Assembly: GCA_965116495.1 (NCBI GenBank)
Contig: OZ220696.1
Coordinates: forward strand, 3,776,001-3,840,000
Source: Gammaproteobacteria bacterium
Lineage (GTDB): Bacteria; Pseudomonadota; Gammaproteobacteria; Eutrophobiales; Eutrophobiaceae
Length of the DNA stretch: 64,000 bases
Reading direction: 5' to 3'
The position numbers and the translations under genes were made by a program. The notes beneath the pieces are model-generated. The model was not told where the DNA came from. It saw only the letters and a list, made by a program, of their open reading frames with translations, and searched no databases. Of this stretch, positions 53,755 through 63,522 are shown in pieces. Positions within the stretch are counted from its first letter, which is position 1, and each line of letters begins with the position of its first letter.

Positions 53755-54753
53755 CTATAAAGGCTCGCAGGGAAAGAACTTGTCCTCCGGTATGTAGGAT
53801 AGCAAGGTGTTTTTACAAAAAGACAACAGGTTGTCACGTATGTTCTCCCGGTAGGTGACCATCCCGTCCCCTGTCTCCTCCAGCGGCGAAGCGAACAGGA
53901 CTTCTTCCGGGTAGAGGCGCGACAGGGTCTGGTAAAATGATTTGGGCAAACGGAAACTCCCCAGGCTGACCGAATGCAGTAATTCCGTATCGATGTGTTT
54001 GAACACTTGCGCAAACAGTTTCCCGTATTGTTCCATTACCCCCTCCTGGTAGATCAACGGGTCGAAACGTAGCCCAATTTGCCAGCCGTGCGCCTGTAAC
54101 CGTTGCAGCGCGTGCAGCCGTTTACTCACCGGGGGTGTTTTGTATTCAATGGCAGCGGCGATTTCAGCCGGTGTAAAACTGTAGGCGATGATACAGTTGG
54201 GCAGAGGCTCCCGGTCCAGCAGGGAACGGACCTGGGTGCTCTTGGTGCGCAATTCCAGCAGGGCCCGGGGATGTGACCTGAATACGGGAAGGAATTCCTT
54301 CACAAAATCCGTTACGGGCTCCAGCGCCAGGCTGTCGCAGTCATAACCGGAAAAGAAATGTATCGAGGCATTGCCCGCCGAGCGGATCTTTTCAATGATG
54401 GCCCGGGTAAAATCCTCATAATTCACGAATATGACGTAGTGTGCCGACTGGTACATACCTTGCAGGAAGCAGTAGCGGCAGTCATAGATACAATTCAGCA
54501 TGTGGGAGAAATAGTAATTCTGCTCTCCCCCGATGGCGTACTCGGGCGGGGAAGGCAGCACGTGATGGGCAAACTTTTCGGCCAGGATCAATGCCGGCCT
54601 GATTTTCTGCAGGCGGAAGTTTTGCGCCCTGCGGTTGAAGATTTCGCCGTAACGCGTGCATTCCGTTACTGTTGCGTCCGGAAATTTTTGCATGATTGCA
54701 CGCGCCCGGGGGTGATCGAGCACGGCTTCCTCGATGTAAATCTGATCTATCAT
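53755..54753 (-). CDS. Spore-photoproduct-lyase (SplB)-like radical SAM protein
   Basis: NCIYDCRYCFLQG cluster motif, GYDCDSLALE, ELRTKS, GLRFDP. Confidence 0.85.
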   Translation of the reverse strand: MIDQIYIEEAVLDHPRARAIMQKFPDATVTECTRYGEIFNRRAQNFRLQKIRPALILAEKFAHHVLPSPPEYAIGGEQNYYFSHMLNCIYDCRYCFLQGMYQSAHYVIFVNYEDFTRAIIEKIRSAGNASIHFFSGYDCDSLALEPVTDFVKEFLPVFRSHPRALLELRTKSTQVRSLLDREPLPNCIIAYSFTPAEIAAAIEYKTPPVSKRLHALQRLQAHGWQIGLRFDPLIYQEGVMEQYGKLFAQVFKHIDTELLHSVSLGSFRLPKSFYQTLSRLYPEEVLFASPLEETGDGMVTYRENIRDNLLSFCKNTLLSYIPEDKFFPCEPL

Positions 54754-54768
54754 TGCTCTTTATTATAG

Positions 54769-54887
54769 GCCACAGAGTACACAGGGCGCATAAAGGAAAA
54801 AGTTGTTTACTGGATACCGGCATGCGCCGGTACGACGGGCCGATGGCATGCACTATCACGCTCTGTGCTCTCCGTGTACTCTGTGGC
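54769..54887. repeat. Inverted 9-mer (ACAGAG-type) repeat cassette enclosing a REP-like palindrome
   Basis: GCCACAGAGTACAC / GTGTACTCTGTGGC perfect 14-bp arms; inner TGGATACCGGCATGCGCCGGTACGAC. Confidence 0.8.
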
Positions 54888-54888
54888 T

Positions 54889-55701
54889 TTAACGGAACTT
54901 GATGGGAGCCTTGTCCAGTTCGTCACGCAGGAATTTGAGGACTTCCCTGGCGGATTTCTGCCCGAACAGGCGGTCGGGCAGTACCGTTTCGCCGGGGTGG
55001 AGTGCCCGCCATTTTCTAAGTGAGGACTGCAACTGGTGTTGCTGGCTGACGGTAAAATGCCTGTGCCGGGTGATTGCGTGGTAGTCCGGGTCCGGGTCGA
55101 TGAGTCGTTGTTGCAGCGCCGTGAGTGAAAGCAGTTGTTGAATGACTTCTTCTATCACAGGCAGGTTTTGCATCATCAACCGGCTGATGAGGGCCGGGTC
55201 AACATTTTCCATGGGTTGCTCGGCATTATCCGAGATAACCTTCACCGCCTGCACCAGTTCCAGGGTTGCAAATCCGGTCACGGCCTGAAAAAAACCAGCG
55301 CATTCCATGTCGAATAATTCCTTTCGGTAATCCTCGCGTGGATGGTCCAGGGTCAGCAGGTCGTGGGCCGGCAGTGCCGTGTCAAAAACGCGGGACGGGA
55401 ACCAGGTTTGTCCGGAACCGGCATCGGTTATCTTTTTTATTATGACAGCCTGGCCCAGCGGCAGGCCGGCATGACCGGCAATGCCCAGGTTAAGCCAGGC
55501 GTGTGACCTGCCGGCCTTGAAATAATCGCGGGTGCGGGTAACCGCAGCCGCAGCCGCGGGTTTGCCGATACCTGAGAGGGTGAGGGTAACCTGCCCGTCA
55601 GGATCCGCGTAAATTGGAACCCTGCCGGCCAGTGGCTGCATGGCAAAATAATCCAGCAACGGCCGGGCCTCAGGTTTGAGGGCACAGGTTATGTGGAGCA
55701 T
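54889..55701 (-). CDS. Nucleoside phosphorylase/MTA-SAH nucleosidase-fold protein
   Basis: AL..EA, SGIGK..AA, LNLGIAG, DME..GF, K.ISD. Confidence 0.8.
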   Translation of the reverse strand: MLHITCALKPEARPLLDYFAMQPLAGRVPIYADPDGQVTLTLSGIGKPAAAAAVTRTRDYFKAGRSHAWLNLGIAGHAGLPLGQAVIIKKITDAGSGQTWFPSRVFDTALPAHDLLTLDHPREDYRKELFDMECAGFFQAVTGFATLELVQAVKVISDNAEQPMENVDPALISRLMMQNLPVIEEVIQQLLSLTALQQRLIDPDPDYHAITRHRHFTVSQQHQLQSSLRKWRALHPGETVLPDRLFGQKSAREVLKFLRDELDKAPIKFR

Positions 55702-56525
55702 TGACTTGCGTAGCGGGTCAACAACTGTTCGCATTCAGAGACATATATCCGGTTATTGTGTTTTCTGGCGCCGTTCAAATAGATCCTGATTTTACCGACC
55801 AGTGTGTGTATTGCTGCTTTCCTGTCGGACGTTTCCAGTTCCACCTCATTGAGAATCCTGTCTATCGACCTGATCCGGTAACGGTCCATTCCCCAATACC
55901 GGGTCGAGAGTTGATCACTGTGCCCGCCGTACTTGGTAATCAAGGGTTCATGGATGAACAACACCGGCATCCGGGCGCAGATGCGCAGCCATAAATCGTA
56001 ATCCTCACAGGCCGGCAGCGTTTCATCGAACAGGCCGATCTGGTCGAATACGCGCCGGTGTATCATGACGGATGAAGGGGAGATGACACACAGAGGCAGG
56101 CATTTTTTGAAGATCGATCCGCCGTATTTCCGGTGTTTGTGCTGCTGGTTGATATGGATGCCGTTACGCACCCATGTCTCATCGGTATGAACGATACAGG
56201 TGCCGGGAGATTTCTCAATAGCCTGTACCTGGCGCCTCAACTTGCCGGGAGACCAGGCATCGTCTGAGTCGAGAAACGCCAGCCAATCGCATTTTGCCGC
56301 GTTAATGCCTGCATTCCTGGCAGCGCTCACACCCTTGTTTTTCTGTGAGATTAACTTTGCGCCGGGGTAGTCCCGCTGCACCAGGGACCGGGTCAGGTCG
56401 GTCGAACCGTCGTCGACAACGATAATTTCAAATGGGGCGTAGTCCTGGGAGATGACCGAATTCAGACACCTGGGCAACAGGTGGGCGCGGTTATAAGTTG
56501 GGATGATAACGCTGATGGAGATCAT
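55689..56525 (-). CDS. Glycosyltransferase family 2
   Basis: ISVIIPTYNR, VDDGSTD, GVSAARN.G, FLDSDD, CEDYDLWLR; overlaps next gene by 13 nt. Confidence 0.92.
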   Translation of the reverse strand: MISISVIIPTYNRAHLLPRCLNSVISQDYAPFEIIVVDDGSTDLTRSLVQRDYPGAKLISQKNKGVSAARNAGINAAKCDWLAFLDSDDAWSPGKLRRQVQAIEKSPGTCIVHTDETWVRNGIHINQQHKHRKYGGSIFKKCLPLCVISPSSVMIHRRVFDQIGLFDETLPACEDYDLWLRICARMPVLFIHEPLITKYGGHSDQLSTRYWGMDRYRIRSIDRILNEVELETSDRKAAIHTLVGKIRIYLNGARKHNNRIYVSECEQLLTRYASQCST

Positions 56526-56577
56526 ATAAGCGCTATTGTATATCAATGTAGAATATGACTGATGTACAATGTGGCAC

Positions 56578-57333
56578 ATGGCGCGGCTCAAGGACAAGGT
56601 GACGGTAATAACCGGGGCGAGTTCCGGGATCGGACGCGCTATCGCACTGGCTTATGCCAGGGAAGGCGCTCGGGTAGTGGTGAATTACAACAGGTCAAAA
56701 GACCGGGCGGAGGACGTAGTCAGTGAAATACAAGGGTTTTCCGGACAGGCAGTCGCCATACAGGCGGATATTGCCGAACCCGATGCCGTCGCCGGGTTGC
56801 TCAATTCAAGCACCAGCGAGTTTGGCCGAATCGATGTCTGGGTGAATAATGCCGGCGCTGATATCCTGACCGGTAGCGGCGCGCAACTGACGGACGGGCA
56901 AAAACTCGAGCGACTGGTTGACGTAGACCTGAAAGGGACAATCCAGTGTTGCTGGGCCGTTGCCGATGTCATGCAGCAACAGGGTAGCGGGGTCATTATC
57001 AATATGTCCTGGGACCAGGCGGTACACGGTTACCAGGGAACCAATCCGCAAATGTTTTCCGCGGTAAAGGCCGGCATCCAGGCGTTCAGTAAATCACTAG
57101 CCAAGACTGTTGCCCCTGCGGTCAGGGTCAACGTATTGGCGCCCGGCTGGATCGCCACGTCTTTTGCCAGGGACATAATGGAACAGGGTTATTACTCGGA
57201 GCGTACGGCTGAAATACCATTAAAACGATTTGGACTGCCTGACGACATTGCCGGGGCGGCAGTGTTCCTGGCCTGCGAAGATTCGGTCTATATGACGGGT
57301 GCGGTGCTCAATATAGGAGGAGGGGTTGTATAA
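56578..57333 (+). CDS. Short-chain dehydrogenase/reductase
   Basis: TGASSGIG, NNAG, VN.LAPG; active-site segment reads FSAVK. Confidence 0.88.
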   Translation: MARLKDKVTVITGASSGIGRAIALAYAREGARVVVNYNRSKDRAEDVVSEIQGFSGQAVAIQADIAEPDAVAGLLNSSTSEFGRIDVWVNNAGADILTGSGAQLTDGQKLERLVDVDLKGTIQCCWAVADVMQQQGSGVIINMSWDQAVHGYQGTNPQMFSAVKAGIQAFSKSLAKTVAPAVRVNVLAPGWIATSFARDIMEQGYYSERTAEIPLKRFGLPDDIAGAAVFLACEDSVYMTGAVLNIGGGVV

Positions 57334-58099
57334 CGGCCGGTTGCCGCTGCGCGGCTCTGGCAGGACCGCAGTTTGCTGTTTACTGATGTATGTCGCGTTC
57401 CACACCGGTCTGCCTGCACAGGAGGGATATGAAGCGGCGCGCCGGGAGATGGTTGCAGATATCAATGCAACGGTTGTCGAAACCCGGAGTTATACCGGCG
57501 TTGCCGCGCTGGATGAAAAAGTGATGCAGGCCATGGCCACCGTGCCTCGTCACGAATTCGTGCCCCCCTCCCTGCGCCATTTCGCCTACATTAACAACCC
57601 CCTGCCCATCGGTGCGGGCCAGACAATCTCGCAGCCTTATATCGTTGCGTTGATGACCCACCTCATGGGGGTGGATGAAGACAAGGCCGTCCTGGAGATT
57701 GGCACGGGTTCGGGCTACCAGGCGGCAGTCCTCGCCCGCCTGGTTCGCCATGTTTACACCATAGAGATCGTTGAAACGCTGGGCAGGCGGGCGGCGGACA
57801 CCCTGGTGCGTCTGGGTTACGATAACGTGACCGTGAGGATCGGAGACGGATATGCCGGCTGGGAAGAACACGCGCCTTTCGATGCAATCATCGTTACAGC
57901 CGCCCCCGAGGAAGTACCACAACCCCTTATCGACCAGTTAAAATCAGGCGCACGCATGGTGGTCCCGGTCGGCCCGCAACACGGTTATCAATCACTGCAG
58001 GTGCTGGAAAAAAAGGACACCGGCGAGATCGAGGTCACAGACATCCTGCCGGTCGGTTTTGTCCCGTTTGTTAAAGGAAACAGGGAGATAGTCAAGTAG
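57326..58099 (+). CDS. pcm: Protein-L-isoaspartate O-methyltransferase with N-terminal signal-like extension
   Basis: VPRHEFVP, GQTISQP, VLEIGTGSGYQAA, APFDAI.VTAA; start uncertain. Confidence 0.92.
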   Translation: MYNGRLPLRGSGRTAVCCLLMYVAFHTGLPAQEGYEAARREMVADINATVVETRSYTGVAALDEKVMQAMATVPRHEFVPPSLRHFAYINNPLPIGAGQTISQPYIVALMTHLMGVDEDKAVLEIGTGSGYQAAVLARLVRHVYTIEIVETLGRRAADTLVRLGYDNVTVRIGDGYAGWEEHAPFDAIIVTAAPEEVPQPLIDQLKSGARMVVPVGPQHGYQSLQVLEKKDTGEIEVTDILPVGFVPFVKGNREIVK

Positions 58100-58126
58100 A
58101 TGATCAACCAGGTCGATGCGAGCTCC

Positions 58127-58194
58127 TACAGGTTTGGATAAGCCTTTGAAGTGCGTCAAGGAAGGCGCACATCAAAGGCTTATCCAAACCTGTA
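58127..58194. repeat. Long hairpin (29-bp arms, one mismatch) between convergent genes; terminator or MITE
   Basis: TACAGGTTTGGATAAGCCTTTGAAGTGCG ... CGCACATCAAAGGCTTATCCAAACCTGTA. Confidence 0.8.
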
Positions 58195-58220
58195 CCTGTC
58201 ATTGAGTATGAATAATTGAA

Positions 58221-60368
58221 TTATCCGTTTTGCCCAAGTAGTTTTTCGGTCAGAGTAACGTAATCCGTTTTCCCCGTACCCAGTACCGGCAACTCTCGTA
58301 TATGTACTACGTCCTTGGGTATATACAGTTCTCCGTAGCCCAGTTCCCGCACCTTTTGCTGGAATGATTTGCGGTTGGCCTGGTCGTAGTCGGTGACCAG
58401 GATGATTTTTTCCCCCTTGCGTTCGTCGGGCAGGGAGATGGCGGCATGGTTGTACTCCGGCCAGGTGGTACCGGCCAGTTCTTCCACCGCGGTGAGTGAG
58501 ATCATCTCGCCGCCGATCTTGGCAAAGCGTTTGGCCCGTCCCAGCAGTTCGATATACCCGTCCGCATCGATGGCCGCGATGTCGCCGGTGTCGTACCAGC
58601 CTTCCCCGCGCTCCGTGTGCGGTGGATGGATGCTGCCGTCCGAACCGTGCAACAGGTAACCGGACATGACGTTCGGTCCTTTCACCACCAGGCGCCCGCC
58701 GCTAGCTATCCCGGCCACGGGCGCCAGGTAGGCCTGCATGCCCGGCATCAGTTTCCCCACGCTGCCGGCTTTATTGCTGATCATGTTATTCACCGAGACC
58801 ACCGGGCTGCATTCCGTCGCGCCGTAGCCTTCCAGGATACGTATGCCGAACTTTTCAAGCCACAGTTTCCGGGTGTCGTCCTGCAGTTTTTCAGCCCCGG
58901 CCAACACGTACTTCAGGGATTTGAAATCATAGGGATGGGCATGGTGGGCATAACCCTTGAGGAAGGTATTGGTGGCAAACAAAATCGTTGCGTCAACCTG
59001 GTACAGCATTTCGGGAATGACCCGGTAATGCAGGGGCGTGGTGTACAGGAATATCCTGCAGCCGGCCAGCAGGGGCAGCACGCAACCGACGTTCAGGCCG
59101 AACGAGTGGAACAGCGGCAGGCAGTTGAAGAAAATGTCACTGGGTTTGAAACCGATGCAGCTGCGCGCCTGGGCAAAGTTGGACAATATATTGCGATGGG
59201 ATAACACCACTCCCTTGGGGACCCCTTCCGAACCTGAAGTAAACAGGATTGTGGCGGGGTCGCCGGGGAGTGCGGTGCTGCGGTGGTGCATCCGGGGGAA
59301 CCGGCTGCGCAGCAGCCCGAGCAGCTTGTCCCTGATACCGATGCGACCGCGCAAATCCTCCAGGTAGACCAGGTTCACGCGTTGTTGCAGTCCCTCCGCC
59401 AGTGATTCGAGCGCGGCGGTCTCGATGAATTGCCTGGAGGTGTAAACCGTCCTGATCGAGGCCGTTTCACAGGCTTTCAGTAACACCTGCAGGCCGGTCG
59501 TGTAATTCAGCATGGCTGGAACGCGCTCCAGGTATTGCAGGGCCATGTAGACCACGACGCCGGCCGCGACGTTCGGCATCAGTACACCGATGCGTTCCCC
59601 GGTTTGCGTGTCCTCGCGCAACACGCTCCCTAGGATAAAAGTGCGCGTGAGTAACTGGCCGTAGGTCAGCGGTTCCCGTTTGATGTCTTCGAGTACCACG
59701 CGTCCTTTTCCAAACTGTCCCGCCGCCTCCAGGATGGCATCGAACACGGTCTTGTCATAGTCATAACAGGCAAAGGACAACCTGTACATCAGGTCCTGCA
59801 TCAGGGCGGCCGCGGTTTTGCGCCGCGCCTGTCCCTGGATTGACGGGTCTACCTCGATCTTCTCCGGCGCCAGTATCTTCAGCCGGATTTTGGGAAATTT
59901 TCTGTGTTCCCCCAGGTATCCTGAAGCAGTATATTGCGGTCCGTCGATGGCGATGGGCAGCACGGTCGCCTTGGCGCGGTCAGCTATCAATCCCGGTCCC
60001 TCATAGATCTTCATCAGGCCGCCGCTGGTGGTGATACGGCCTTCCGGGAAAATGACTGCCCTGCGGTCTTCCTGCAGGAAACGCACCATGGATTTGACCG
60101 ACAGCGGGTTGGTCGGATCCATGGTGTACAGATCGGCGAAATAGAGAAACGGCCTGAACTGCCTGCGCGTGGCAACCTGCGTGTTGATTGCAAACCTGAG
60201 GTTATCCGGCAACCAGGCATACAGCAGAATGCCATCGAGCAGGGATGTATGGTTGGCGACAATCAAAACCCGTTTGCCGGCCTGGTGATAATGCTCCATA
60301 CCGGTTACCTCAACCCGGTACAGTACTCGTAACAGGCAACGCAGGAAAAATTTCAGTAGACCTGTCAT
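58221..60368 (-). CDS. aas: Bifunctional 2-acyl-GPE acyltransferase / acyl-ACP synthetase
   Basis: NHTSLLD and FPEGR acyltransferase motifs; FTSGSEGVPKG, EGYGATE, YDTGD AMP-binding motifs. Confidence 0.92.
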   Translation of the reverse strand: MTGLLKFFLRCLLRVLYRVEVTGMEHYHQAGKRVLIVANHTSLLDGILLYAWLPDNLRFAINTQVATRRQFRPFLYFADLYTMDPTNPLSVKSMVRFLQEDRRAVIFPEGRITTSGGLMKIYEGPGLIADRAKATVLPIAIDGPQYTASGYLGEHRKFPKIRLKILAPEKIEVDPSIQGQARRKTAAALMQDLMYRLSFACYDYDKTVFDAILEAAGQFGKGRVVLEDIKREPLTYGQLLTRTFILGSVLREDTQTGERIGVLMPNVAAGVVVYMALQYLERVPAMLNYTTGLQVLLKACETASIRTVYTSRQFIETAALESLAEGLQQRVNLVYLEDLRGRIGIRDKLLGLLRSRFPRMHHRSTALPGDPATILFTSGSEGVPKGVVLSHRNILSNFAQARSCIGFKPSDIFFNCLPLFHSFGLNVGCVLPLLAGCRIFLYTTPLHYRVIPEMLYQVDATILFATNTFLKGYAHHAHPYDFKSLKYVLAGAEKLQDDTRKLWLEKFGIRILEGYGATECSPVVSVNNMISNKAGSVGKLMPGMQAYLAPVAGIASGGRLVVKGPNVMSGYLLHGSDGSIHPPHTERGEGWYDTGDIAAIDADGYIELLGRAKRFAKIGGEMISLTAVEELAGTTWPEYNHAAISLPDERKGEKIILVTDYDQANRKSFQQKVRELGYGELYIPKDVVHIRELPVLGTGKTDYVTLTEKLLGQNG

Positions 60369-60430
60369 GCTGTAATTCTACGGATTTTCAGCGGGAATGT
60401 GAACCGAAAGGGCCAGTTCAGGACAGATTA

Positions 60431-60475
60431 AATTTGGGACAACCATAAATTCCAAATTTGTGGTTGTCCCAAATT
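60431..60475. repeat. GGGACAACC...GGTTGTCCC palindrome (21-bp arms)
   Basis: AATTTGGGACAACCATAAATT-CCA-AATTTGTGGTTGTCCCAAATT. Confidence 0.75.
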
Positions 60476-60530
60476 AGAAATGACGAAGAATCTGGGAAAA
60501 TATGAATGGGCAGCGAGGCCCGGTGGATTG

Positions 60531-62162
60531 TCAAATGCCGACTGAGTGGGACCCGGATTGATGGACGGTTATTTTCTGCTTGGGAAAGATGGTATCGTTT
60601 TTGTGCAGGTTGTTCCAGGCCAACAACTCTTTTAATGTTACACTGAATTTTTTGGCTATTTTCGAAAGGTTATCGCCTTTTCTGACAGTGTATTGGATGG
60701 GTTCTTGTGCAGGCCGATCGGTCTTGTTTGCAACTTTCCGGACGCCAGGCGCAGCGACTACACGGAGTTTTTGTCCAGGCTTAAGGCTCCTGGGTCGGGA
60801 AATGCCGTTCCAGGTTTGCAGTTGTTTTACGCTTACACCGAGACGCCGGCCTATATGCGAGAGCGTATCGCCGCGTTTGACAGTGTAAAGGACGGGTTTT
60901 TCTGCCGGCTGTTCAGCCGTGGCCGCAACCTTCTGAACGGCAGACGCTGCGAACACCTTTAGTTTTTGTCCGGGCTTAAGGCTCCTGGGTCGGGAAATGC
61001 CGTTCCATGCTTGCAGTTGTCTCACGCTTACGCCGCGGTAACGCTGAGCGATGTGCGAGAGCGTATCGCCGGATTTGACAATGTAGTAGCATTGTTCACC
61101 GGCATCCGCGGCCGTTAACCGTTGTGCCGGAGTCAGGCCGGCAAGCTTTTCCAGGAATGGTTTTTCGCGGGCAACGGGCAGGAGCAGCTGGTGTGCGTCC
61201 TGTGATTTTGTCGCCCAGTCATCGTAGCCTGGATTCAGGTCGCGCAGTTCATCCCTGGTCATCGCGGCCAGTTTTGCGACAACGGCGAGGTCAATCTGCC
61301 CGCCGGTGTCCACTTGGACAAAATACTGGCGATCCGGTACCGGCTGCCATACGATGCCGTGCTGCGCCGGGTTGGCGACCAGTTCCGCTACGGCCAGCAG
61401 GCTGGGTACATAGCCCCTGGTTTCCCGGTGCAGGCGCAGGGAGAAGAAGTCGGTGTCCTTGCCGGCCCGGCGGTTGCGGCGAATTGCCCGGGCCACGTTC
61501 CTCTCGCCGGTGTTGTAGGCGGCTATAGCCAGCAACCAGTCGCCGAATTCGGCGTTCAGATCTTCCAGGTAATCCAGAGCGGCTTTGGTGGCGGCTACGA
61601 TGTCCCGCCTGCCGTCATACGAGCAGTTCTGTTTCAGGCCGTACCTCTCCCCGGTGCCTTGGATAAACTGCCAGATACCTACCGCGGCCTTGTGCGACCT
61701 GGCACGGGGCTGGAAAGCGCTCTCGACGATGGGCAGCAGGGCAAGTTCCAGCGGCATGTCGCGTTTTTCCACTTCGCCGACGATATGATGCAGGTAGAGA
61801 TTTGCGCGAGCGGCCACCCGGTCGAGATATTTCTGGTTTTTGGCGTACCATGCCAGCCTGCCCTTGACTCCCCGCCGGTCCAGGTGCCGAGGCAGGTTCA
61901 GGTTGGCGCCGATCCGTTTCCAGAGATCGTCACCCGCTGCATCGTCATCCTGCGCAGCAGGCTGGACCGGATCGGCAGGCGTCTTGGCGAGTTCTTCTAC
62001 AGTTTCGTCCGGAAGTTCCGGCTCAGGGGCGATGATTATAGCGCGCCCCTGCGCATCAGCGCCCGGCTGGGTTCCGGCAGTTTTCTGAAGGGGTTGCTGG
62101 CTGCACGCGCTTAGCAAGAAAGCGGCGCCGATAACTATTGCTGGTAGTCCTGAGCAGCGCAT
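60531..62162 (-). CDS. mltD: Membrane-bound lytic murein transglycosylase D with three LysM domains
   Basis: Lipobox LSAC, LPIVESAF, G.WQF, AAYN.G, ET..YV; three Y.V..GD.LS.I LysM repeats. Confidence 0.9.
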   Translation of the reverse strand: MRCSGLPAIVIGAAFLLSACSQQPLQKTAGTQPGADAQGRAIIIAPEPELPDETVEELAKTPADPVQPAAQDDDAAGDDLWKRIGANLNLPRHLDRRGVKGRLAWYAKNQKYLDRVAARANLYLHHIVGEVEKRDMPLELALLPIVESAFQPRARSHKAAVGIWQFIQGTGERYGLKQNCSYDGRRDIVAATKAALDYLEDLNAEFGDWLLAIAAYNTGERNVARAIRRNRRAGKDTDFFSLRLHRETRGYVPSLLAVAELVANPAQHGIVWQPVPDRQYFVQVDTGGQIDLAVVAKLAAMTRDELRDLNPGYDDWATKSQDAHQLLLPVAREKPFLEKLAGLTPAQRLTAADAGEQCYYIVKSGDTLSHIAQRYRGVSVRQLQAWNGISRPRSLKPGQKLKVFAASAVQKVAATAEQPAEKPVLYTVKRGDTLSHIGRRLGVSVKQLQTWNGISRPRSLKPGQKLRVVAAPGVRKVANKTDRPAQEPIQYTVRKGDNLSKIAKKFSVTLKELLAWNNLHKNDTIFPKQKITVHQSGSHSVGI

Positions 62163-62255
62163 CGGTGAATGCTATGCATGACGCTGCTCAATGTCAAGTA
62201 TTTTCTCAATATTTTTTTCAGGAAAAATAGCAGATCCTAAGGTAAGATTTTACCT

Positions 62256-63050
62256 GTGAGGCTGCTCCGTCAGACAATGGGAAACAGATCCGCGGCAACA
62301 TCAACCGATCCTGCCCGCGCCGGGTTCGACCTATGGCTCAAAAGCGAGACAGGCAGCATCCTGGCGCGCTGTGAACGGGACAAAATCGGCAGGATATTAG
62401 CGGGCCTGTTTGGCTACCATATTGCCCAGATCGGTCATTATGACGGTGGATTGCTGGAATCAGCCAGCCGCATCAGGAATAAGATAGAGTTGCACCTGGA
62501 TGATGACGGCGTGAAGGATTGCGGCTGCGGCGTGTTGGCCGGCGCGGCTTCCCTGCCGTTTGCCGCGCACAGCATTGACGTCGTGGTCGTTCCCCATGTC
62601 CTCGAGTTCACCCCGGACCCCGGCGCGGCGCTGAACGAAATTGAACGGGTCCTGATAGAAGACGGCCACCTGATCGTCGCCGGTTTCAATCCGTGGAGCT
62701 TGTGGGGGCTGTGGCGTTTGAACCCGATCCGGCCCGGGCGGCTGCCGTTGAACGGCCGCTTCCATAGTATTGCAAGGCTCAGGCACTGGTTGTCCGTGCT
62801 GAATTTTGAGCTGATTGGGGTAGAACGGTTTTTATTTCCCCTTCCGCCCGCGCGCAAGGGCCTGTTGAGCCGTTTGTTATTTCCTCAAAAACGGGGTAAA
62901 TTCCGGTTGCCGTTTCTTGGCGCGGCATACATCATGGTGGCGCAAAAACGCCGCATCCCTGCTACTCCCATAAAAATGAACAGGCGCAAAAAAATATTTC
63001 TGTCCGGCGCTTCGGCGGGACCGGCTACAATGGCTGACCCTCAACTTTGA
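62256..63050 (+). CDS. SAM-dependent methyltransferase type 11 (YafS-like)
   Basis: FGYH, LPF...SID....H.LEF, L.E.ERVL...[10 protein letters not shown]; upstream of rnhA. Confidence 0.85.
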   Translation: MRLLRQTMGNRSAATSTDPARAGFDLWLKSETGSILARCERDKIGRILAGLFGYHIAQIGHYDGGLLESASRIRNKIELHLDDDGVKDCGCGVLAGAASLPFAAHSIDVVVVPHVLEFTPDPGAALNEIERVLIEDGHLIVAGFNPWSLWGLWRLNPIRPGRLPLNGRFHSIARLRHWLSVLNFELIGVERFLFPLPPARKGLLSRLLFPQKRGKFRLPFLGAAYIMVAQKRRIPATPIKMNRRKKIFLSGASAGPATMADPQL

Positions 63051-63060
63051 CCTGTGTTAC

Positions 63061-63522
63061 ATGAGCAAGTTTATTGAAATCTTTACTGATGGCGCCTGCC
63101 GGGGCAATCCCGGGCCAGGTGGCTGGGGAGTACTGTTGCGCTATAACGAATCGGAGAAGGAATTATCCGGTGCGGTGTCCCGGACCACCAATAATCGCAT
63201 GGAATTGACTGCGGCAATAAAAGCCCTGGAAGCGCTGACCGAACCTTGCCGGGTATGCCTGACTACGGATTCAAGTTATGTAAAGACCGGCATAGAGCAG
63301 TGGATTGATGACTGGAAACGGCGTGGCTGGCGCACCGCGGCCAGGCGTTCAGTGAAGAACCAGGATCTGTGGCAGAAGCTGGATGAACTGGCGCAACGCC
63401 ACGAGATTGAATGGCGCTGGGTGCGGGGCCACAGCGGCCATGCGGAAAATGACCGGGTCGATGCGCTGGCAAACCTGGCCCTGGACGAGATGATGAAAAA
63501 CCGGCCGGACGGTACAGAATAA
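63061..63522 (+). CDS. rnhA: Ribonuclease HI
   Basis: [35 protein letters not shown]...D.LA. Confidence 0.97.
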   Translation: MSKFIEIFTDGACRGNPGPGGWGVLLRYNESEKELSGAVSRTTNNRMELTAAIKALEALTEPCRVCLTTDSSYVKTGIEQWIDDWKRRGWRTAARRSVKNQDLWQKLDELAQRHEIEWRWVRGHSGHAENDRVDALANLALDEMMKNRPDGTE

